From: an uncultured cyanobacterium | Lineage (GTDB): Bacteria; Cyanobacteriota; Cyanobacteriia; PCC-6307; Cyanobiaceae | Length of the DNA: 64,000 bases | Assembly (NCBI GenBank): GCA_903858015.1 | Contig: CAIOGZ010000045.1 | Coordinates: forward strand, 7,178-71,177 | Direction of reading: 5' to 3' | Shown here: one piece after another, positions 58,880-64,000 of the stretch | Position numbering within the stretch: the first letter of the stretch is position 1 | How the letters are laid out: each line of letters opens with the position of its first letter | Notes under the pieces: model-generated | What the model saw: only the letters and a program-made list of their open reading frames with translations | Databases searched by the model: none | What the model was told of the DNA's origin: nothing | Translations under genes and position numbers: made by a program

Positions 58880-61249
58880 ATGGCAGCCTCCCCGCCCCAG
58901 CAGCCCCCACCCCCAGCCCAGGCCGCTGCCGCCGCTGCCTCGCCCCCGCCTGCGATCGGCCCTCGCCTGGGCCCTGCGGCCCTGGCTCCGAGGCTTAGCG
59001 CGGGCTTGGCGCCTTGGCGGCGCCTGGGCCAGGCCCTGCTGCAGCCGGCCCCCTGGCCCCGCAAACGCTCGGCCCTGGCCGCCGCCTGGGCCCAGCTCAG
59101 CCACCACCAGGCCGAGCTGGAGCTCTGGCAGGGGGATCAGTGCAGCGGCCGGGTTGTGCTTGCCGAGCAGCGGCTGCGGATCGGCCGCGACCCTGGCTGC
59201 GAGCTCGCCTGCCAGGCCGCGGGGCTCAGCCGGGTCCATGCCGTCGTCGAGCGCCAGTACCGCGCCGACCGGGACCACCGCCTCGAGGATTTCAATTCCG
59301 CCAATGGCCTGTTCTGGCGCGACCAGCGCATCGGCGCCATCACGCTGCGCCATGGCGACCGGATCCAGCTGGGCTCGCCCCTCAAGGGGGTAACCCCCAC
59401 CCTGCGCTACCTGCACCGCCGCAGCCCGCTGGAGCAGGTGCTGCGGCTCAGCGGCCTGGCCGCCCTGGGGGGCTCGGCCCTGCTGCTGGCGGCCCTGCTG
59501 GGCGCCAGCAGTGTGGCCGGCGGCTCGAAGATCCGCTTCTACGGCGGCCCGGTGAAGATTTTTTCGGCCGATGGCCGCCGCATCGACGACCGCGAAGGCG
59601 CCGCCACGGCCTTGCCCGGCCTGGCCGACTACCCCAACCATCTACGGCTTGCCCTGCTGGCCTCGGAGGATGCCCGCTTCGGCTGGAACAGCGGACTCGA
59701 CCTCTTCGGCACGCTCAGGGCCTGGCTCCAGGGCAGCGGCGGCGGCAGCGGCATCACCCAGCAGGTGGCGCGCCTCTACGACCCGGCGGTGGGTAACGAT
59801 GTAAGCATTCAGCGGAAACTACGCGAACTCTGGGTAGCCTTGCAACTGGAAACGGGATATAGCAAAAACCAGATCCTCAAGATGTATCTCGATCGAGCCC
59901 CCCTCGGCCTGGGCAGCGAGGGCTTCGAGCAGGCGGCCCAGCTCTACTTCCGCAAATCCGCCCGCCAGCTCGACCTGGCTGAATCAGCCTTTCTGGTGGG
60001 CTTGCTGCCGAGCCCGAATGGCTATAGCCCCTGCTTTGCCCGCCAAGACAGCCAAGCCCCGGTAGCCAGCTGGGTGCCGCTACAGCGCCGCAACCTGGTG
60101 CTCAGGCGCCTCTATGCCGAGGGCTACATCAACCAAGACAGCCTGCGGGATGCCAGCCGCCGGCCCCTGAACATCGACCCATCCGCCTGCCGCGAATCCA
60201 GCATCGAAACCTATCCCTTCTTCGCCGATTACATCCGCGGCGAACTGGAGGGTCGCCGCTTCGCCCTCAACCTCGATCCCCAGCGCGGCGGCGGCAACTA
60301 CGCCGTGGTCAGCACGGTGAATCCCCGCCTGCAGCAGCTGGCCCAGCGCGAGGTGGCGCGCTTTTTGAGGCAGCAGGCCAAGCCCGCCGGTCTCAACCAG
60401 GCGGCCCTGATCAGCCTGGAGGTGCGCAGCGGCAAAATCCTGGCCTACGTGGGTGGGGGCGACTACCGCAGCAGCAGCTTCGATCGGGTCCAGGCCCTGC
60501 GCCAGCCCGGCTCCACCTTCAAGCTGTTCACCTTTCTGGCGGCCCTGGCCCGGGGGGTGGAACCGGCGGAGCAGATCAGCTGCGCCGGGCTGGGTGCCGT
60601 GGCGGGCTGTAGCCATGGGCCCGGGGCGGCCAGCACCAGCGTCGCCGCCGGCTTCGCCAATTCCGACAACGTGGTGGCGCTGCGGCTGGCGGAGCGGCTA
60701 GGGCTGGATCGGGTGATCGCCCAGGCGCGGCGGCTTGGCATCAGCACTCCCCTCCATCCCGACCACAACATGGTGCTGGGCGGCGATGCCACCTACCTCT
60801 ACGAACTGGCGCGGGCCTATGCGGTGGTGGCCAATGGCGGTCGTTCGGTGCCCATGCACGGGGTGGAACGCATCATCGACCTGGGCCTCTGTCCGGCCTA
60901 TGAACAGCTGGCCAGCTGTCCGCCGCAGGCGATCAGCGACCCGGTCGGCGAAGAACCGCGCCAACTGATCGAGGCCAGCGTGGCAGCCCAGATGGACCAG
61001 CTGCTGCGCTTGGCGGTCGTGCAGGGCACGGGCCAAGCGGCGCGGGGGATCGCCGATGCCCGCGGCAAGACCGGCACCACCAACGACGGTGTCGATGTGT
61101 TGTTCATCGGTTACTCACCGGCGAGCGGCATCCTCACCGCGATCTGGATGGGCAACGACGACAACCGCCCCGCCGAGGCCGCCAGCAGCGCCCTGGCGGC
61201 CCGGCTCTGGGGCCAGTTCATGCAGGCCGCCCGGGTGAGCGCCGCCTGA
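58880..61249 (+). CDS. FHA-domain class A penicillin-binding protein (transglycosylase/transpeptidase)
   Basis: FHA (IGR, LSRVHA, SANG), TM, SEDARF and ITQQ, then STFK, SDN, KTGT. Confidence 0.9.
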   Translation: MAASPPQQPPPPAQAAAAAASPPPAIGPRLGPAALAPRLSAGLAPWRRLGQALLQPAPWPRKRSALAAAWAQLSHHQAELELWQGDQCSGRVVLAEQRLRIGRDPGCELACQAAGLSRVHAVVERQYRADRDHRLEDFNSANGLFWRDQRIGAITLRHGDRIQLGSPLKGVTPTLRYLHRRSPLEQVLRLSGLAALGGSALLLAALLGASSVAGGSKIRFYGGPVKIFSADGRRIDDREGAATALPGLADYPNHLRLALLASEDARFGWNSGLDLFGTLRAWLQGSGGGSGITQQVARLYDPAVGNDVSIQRKLRELWVALQLETGYSKNQILKMYLDRAPLGLGSEGFEQAAQLYFRKSARQLDLAESAFLVGLLPSPNGYSPCFARQDSQAPVASWVPLQRRNLVLRRLYAEGYINQDSLRDASRRPLNIDPSACRESSIETYPFFADYIRGELEGRRFALNLDPQRGGGNYAVVSTVNPRLQQLAQREVARFLRQQAKPAGLNQAALISLEVRSGKILAYVGGGDYRSSSFDRVQALRQPGSTFKLFTFLAALARGVEPAEQISCAGLGAVAGCSHGPGAASTSVAAGFANSDNVVALRLAERLGLDRVIAQARRLGISTPLHPDHNMVLGGDATYLYELARAYAVVANGGRSVPMHGVERIIDLGLCPAYEQLASCPPQAISDPVGEEPRQLIEASVAAQMDQLLRLAVVQGTGQAARGIADARGKTGTTNDGVDVLFIGYSPASGILTAIWMGNDDNRPAEAASSALAARLWGQFMQAARVSAA

Positions 61250-61277
61250 GCTGCTGGGCCAGCGCTGCCGGACCGCT

Positions 61278-62747
61278 TCAGGCCAGCCGCTGCCGCCACC
61301 AGAGCTGCACCAGGGCCGAACCCCAGCTCAGCAGCGCCCAGGCCAAGCCCAGTAGCAGGCCCCACCACCACTGGGATGCCAGCAGCCGTTGGCCTGGCCT
61401 GGCGCCATCGTCAGGGTGGCGCCGGGGCAGGATCCAGGCCAGCTGCAGGCAGCCCACCACCACCAGCAGCACCCAGGCAGGAATCGTGATCCTGCCGAGG
61501 CCAAAGCCAATCTCCCGCCAGCGCAGCAGCGCCTGGCCCACCGCCAGACCGATCAGGCCCCCCACGGCCCCGGAAGCGCCGCCCCACTCCTGATGGCGCA
61601 GGCCAAGCCAGCGGGCGGTGAGGGCTGCCAACGCCAGGCTGGCCAGGCTGGTGAGGCAATAGCGCAAGACCAGCTCGTTGAGGGCCAGGGGCGAGCGGCC
61701 CAGGATCAGCAGCAGCAGCAGGCCGTTGAGTAGCGCCTCCAGCGTGCGGGCATGCAACCAGGGGGCGGTGACCCAACGCCAGGCCAGGCGGGGGTCGGCG
61801 CTGGCCTGCTGGCTCAGTAGCCCCCAAAGGCGCAGGCGGCGTAGGGGGCCGAGGCTGGCGAGCTGGCCGGCGGCGAGCAGCAGAACCAGCACCACACCCC
61901 CACCGATGGGCGAGGGCCGCAACAGCCCGTGATCGAGCACCTTGGCCAACCAGGAGAGCACCAGGGCCATGGCGGCAGCTAAGGCCAGGCCGGGAGCGAG
62001 ACGGCGGAGGTCCCTGCCAAGCCGGCGCAGCGATGCGGGCAGCTGGTGCAGCGCCCCTGCCGCCGGGGGCAGGGTGCTGGCCTCCCCCGGGGCCATGGCT
62101 AGCTCCAGTCCCCTGGGAAACGTTTGATGGGAGCGGGTTGCTCTCTTGAAGGACTCCTTGCTGAGGGATTCCTTCAAGCGGGAGTCCAGCGAGCCGGAGT
62201 CCGGCGGTTCGGAGTCCGGCGAGTCGGAGTCGATCGAATCGGAGTCGATCGAATCGGAGTCGATCGAATCGGAGTCGATCGCGACCGGTCCGATCGCACC
62301 CGGTCCGATCGCGACGGCTCCCTGCAGGGGGAGCGGGCTCGATCCGGCTTGCTTGAAGCCGCGGTTTCCCAATCCGGGGTGCCCCGATACGGGGTGCCCC
62401 GATGCGGGGTGCCCTGATCCGGCGGGGTGCCCCAGTCCTGGCTCGAGCAGTCCGGTCTCGAGTAGATCGATCAGTTCGGCCAGCACGGCCGGCGCATAGG
62501 TGAGCTGCAGGTCAGCGACAAGGGCCTGCAAAGCGCTGCGCCGAGCCAGGCCTTCGGACCTCAGCGCTTGCTGCAGCAGCGGCCGCCGGGCCAGATCCCG
62601 CAGGGGTCCAGCCAGGAATTGGTCGGCGCCGAGCAGATCAACCAAGCGGTTGCCGAGCACCACGCCATTGTCGAGGCCGGCGGTGCCAACCTCCCGCCAG
62701 GCGGCGAGCGATCCGCCCAACTTGCGCCCGATTCCCAAGCAGTCCAT
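61278..62747 (-). CDS. Rhomboid-like membrane protein with N-terminal domain and repeat-rich linker
   Basis: WRWVTAPWLH...N and GGASG are present; no His visible at the TM6 position. Confidence 0.7.
   Translation of the reverse strand: MDCLGIGRKLGGSLAAWREVGTAGLDNGVVLGNRLVDLLGADQFLAGPLRDLARRPLLQQALRSEGLARRSALQALVADLQLTYAPAVLAELIDLLETGLLEPGLGHPAGSGHPASGHPVSGHPGLGNRGFKQAGSSPLPLQGAVAIGPGAIGPVAIDSDSIDSDSIDSDSIDSDSPDSEPPDSGSLDSRLKESLSKESFKRATRSHQTFPRGLELAMAPGEASTLPPAAGALHQLPASLRRLGRDLRRLAPGLALAAAMALVLSWLAKVLDHGLLRPSPIGGGVVLVLLLAAGQLASLGPLRRLRLWGLLSQQASADPRLAWRWVTAPWLHARTLEALLNGLLLLLILGRSPLALNELVLRYCLTSLASLALAALTARWLGLRHQEWGGASGAVGGLIGLAVGQALLRWREIGFGLGRITIPAWVLLVVVGCLQLAWILPRRHPDDGARPGQRLLASQWWWGLLLGLAWALLSWGSALVQLWWRQRLA
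62226..62280. repeat. 15-bp VNTR GGAGTCGATCGAATC x3.7 (coding DSIDS), with neighbouring 15-bp repeats
   Basis: Read directly; further degenerate 15-mers at about 62375-62430. Confidence 0.85.
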
Positions 62748-62762
62748 TCCGTTGGGGGGAGC

Positions 62763-63431
62763 TTAAAGTGCGCCAGCGTGGGCATCCTGCTCGAATTGGG
62801 CGACGGCGGCGGCGCTGGCCTCGGAATCGATCAGGGCTGCCGCCAGGGGCGGAGCCAGGGTGAAGCAGCTGAGGCCCTCAGCGGCAAGACGCGTTATGTC
62901 GCTGGGGTGCCGCAGGCTGGCCACCAGCAGCCGGGTGGTCGCGGCCACCCCGTCCAAGGCCCGCTGCATGGCAATCAGTTCGGCGTGGCCATCGCGGCCG
63001 AGGTCGCCGATGCGGCCGAGGTAAGGGGCGATGTAACGCACCCCCAGGGCGGCAGCCACGAGCACCTGGGCCACCTCGTAGCAGGCGGTGAACGTCAGGG
63101 GTGTGCCAGCGTCGATCAGGGGTCGGGCCGCCGCCACGCCGGCGCGCGTCATCGGCAGCTTGACCACAACCCGACCAGGAGCAATGGCCGCCAATGAGGC
63201 TGCGCAGCGAGCAAGCGCTTCGACGTCGCCCCCCCAAGCCTGCAGGTGGATCTCAGCCATGCCCTGGTCGAAGGCGGCATGGCTGAGGGCCGTCAGCTCC
63301 GCCAGGGTGCAGGGGCGGCCGGCGCGCTGGAGCAGGGTGGGGTTGGTGGTCACCCCCTGGAACAGACCGATGGCGCGCCAGTCAGCCCAGGCGGCTGGAT
63401 CGGCCGAATCGAGCAGGAGACGCAAGGTCAT
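62763..63431 (-). CDS. Transaldolase/fructose-6-phosphate aldolase family protein (small type)
   Basis: LLLDSAD, GVTTNPTLL, VVVKLP, YIAPYLGR, LVASLR. Confidence 0.88.
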   Translation of the reverse strand: MTLRLLLDSADPAAWADWRAIGLFQGVTTNPTLLQRAGRPCTLAELTALSHAAFDQGMAEIHLQAWGGDVEALARCAASLAAIAPGRVVVKLPMTRAGVAAARPLIDAGTPLTFTACYEVAQVLVAAALGVRYIAPYLGRIGDLGRDGHAELIAMQRALDGVAATTRLLVASLRHPSDITRLAAEGLSCFTLAPPLAAALIDSEASAAAVAQFEQDAHAGAL

Positions 63432-63512
63432 GGCTGGGTAGCCCAAACAGCGAGTTGGGCAGCCCTAGCCTGGCTAGGGAAGGCTAAGCAGCCGGCTAGG
63501 TAGGCACCAGGA

Positions 63513-63920
63513 TCAGCCGCCGCGGCTAGCAGAAAGCCGGGCTTTGGCGCGGGCCAGGAGCTGGTCAGCCTTGACTTTCTCGGGGCTCGGGGGCTTCCCT
63601 TCGAAGCCAGCAGCACTCTGACGGGCCGCTTCGAGCTCCTGCTCAGCAGCGGCGGGATCAATGGTGCTGCCGAGTTCGGCAGCATTCACGAGCACGGTGA
63701 CCTCATTGGCTTCGACTTCAGCAAAGCCGCCGGTAAGGGCGATCGCTGTCCAGCTGTTGCCTTCGCGCAGGCGCAAGACGCCGTTGTCGAGGGCGGTGAG
63801 GATGGAAACATGGCCGCTGAGGATGCCGATCTGTCCAGAGATGCTGGGCAGAATCACCTCGTCGGCGCTGCCGTCGAAAACGCTTTTGTCGGGGGCTAGA
63901 ACACGCAGGTTGAGGGTCAT
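63513..63920 (-). CDS. atpC: ATP synthase F1 epsilon subunit
   Basis: LRVLAPD...LPSISGQIGILSGH...GGFAEV. Confidence 0.95.
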   Translation of the reverse strand: MTLNLRVLAPDKSVFDGSADEVILPSISGQIGILSGHVSILTALDNGVLRLREGNSWTAIALTGGFAEVEANEVTVLVNAAELGSTIDPAAAEQELEAARQSAAGFEGKPPSPEKVKADQLLARAKARLSASRGG

Positions 63921-63934
63921 CAGGATGGCTCCGA

Positions 63935-64000
63935 TCAAGCCTTGGCTTCGGACGTAATCTTGGCTGCCTTTGCCTTCACTTCCTCAATGTTGCCAACGAG
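63935..64000 (-). CDS. atpD: ATP synthase F1 beta subunit, 3' end only
   Basis: LVGNIEEVKAKAAKITSEAKA*, directly upstream of atpC. Confidence 0.85.
   Translation of the reverse strand, partial: LVGNIEEVKAKAAKITSEAKA

Overview
This window looks like the genome of a high-GC picocyanobacterium (Cyanobium/Synechococcus type; evidence: ycf65/PSRP-3, cyanobacterial atpC-atpD end, TIGR01548-type HAD, GCGATCGC HIP1 sites). Core genes (nadE-nadD-GTPase-CNNM-pepP, HAD-ycf65, transaldolase-atpC-atpD) separate three accessory blocks. (1) 1-13.7 kb is an AT-richer minus-strand cluster built around a borosin-type peptide alpha-N-methyltransferase. It also holds a translationally coupled Fe(II)/2OG dioxygenase missing from the ORF track, two large paralogous proteins with Trp-rich propeller-like repeats and Asp-periodic tracts ((D-V/I/T)n and (DG)12), a multi-TM/lysozyme/C39 fusion, a membrane protein and a divergent wHTH-TPR regulator. 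This is the best candidate for an undescribed system: a split borosin that may modify very large, toxin-like proteins released by a holin/endolysin-like route. (2) About 20.1-51.1 kb is a defence island: type III R-M, a RelE-UvrD helicase present as one intact and four broken copies (each directly behind a different cargo module), many TA pairs, a secreted WD40-caspase plus TIR-TM-TPR pair, AT-rich orphans, IS scars and a DISARM drmD scrap. (3) 52.7-62.7 kb is a vWA/kinase/PP2C (TerY-P-like) triad with an FHA protein and an FHA-PBP. I found no rRNA, tRNA, CRISPR array or integrase. All family calls come from motifs read by eye, no searches were run, and GC statements are visual estimates.
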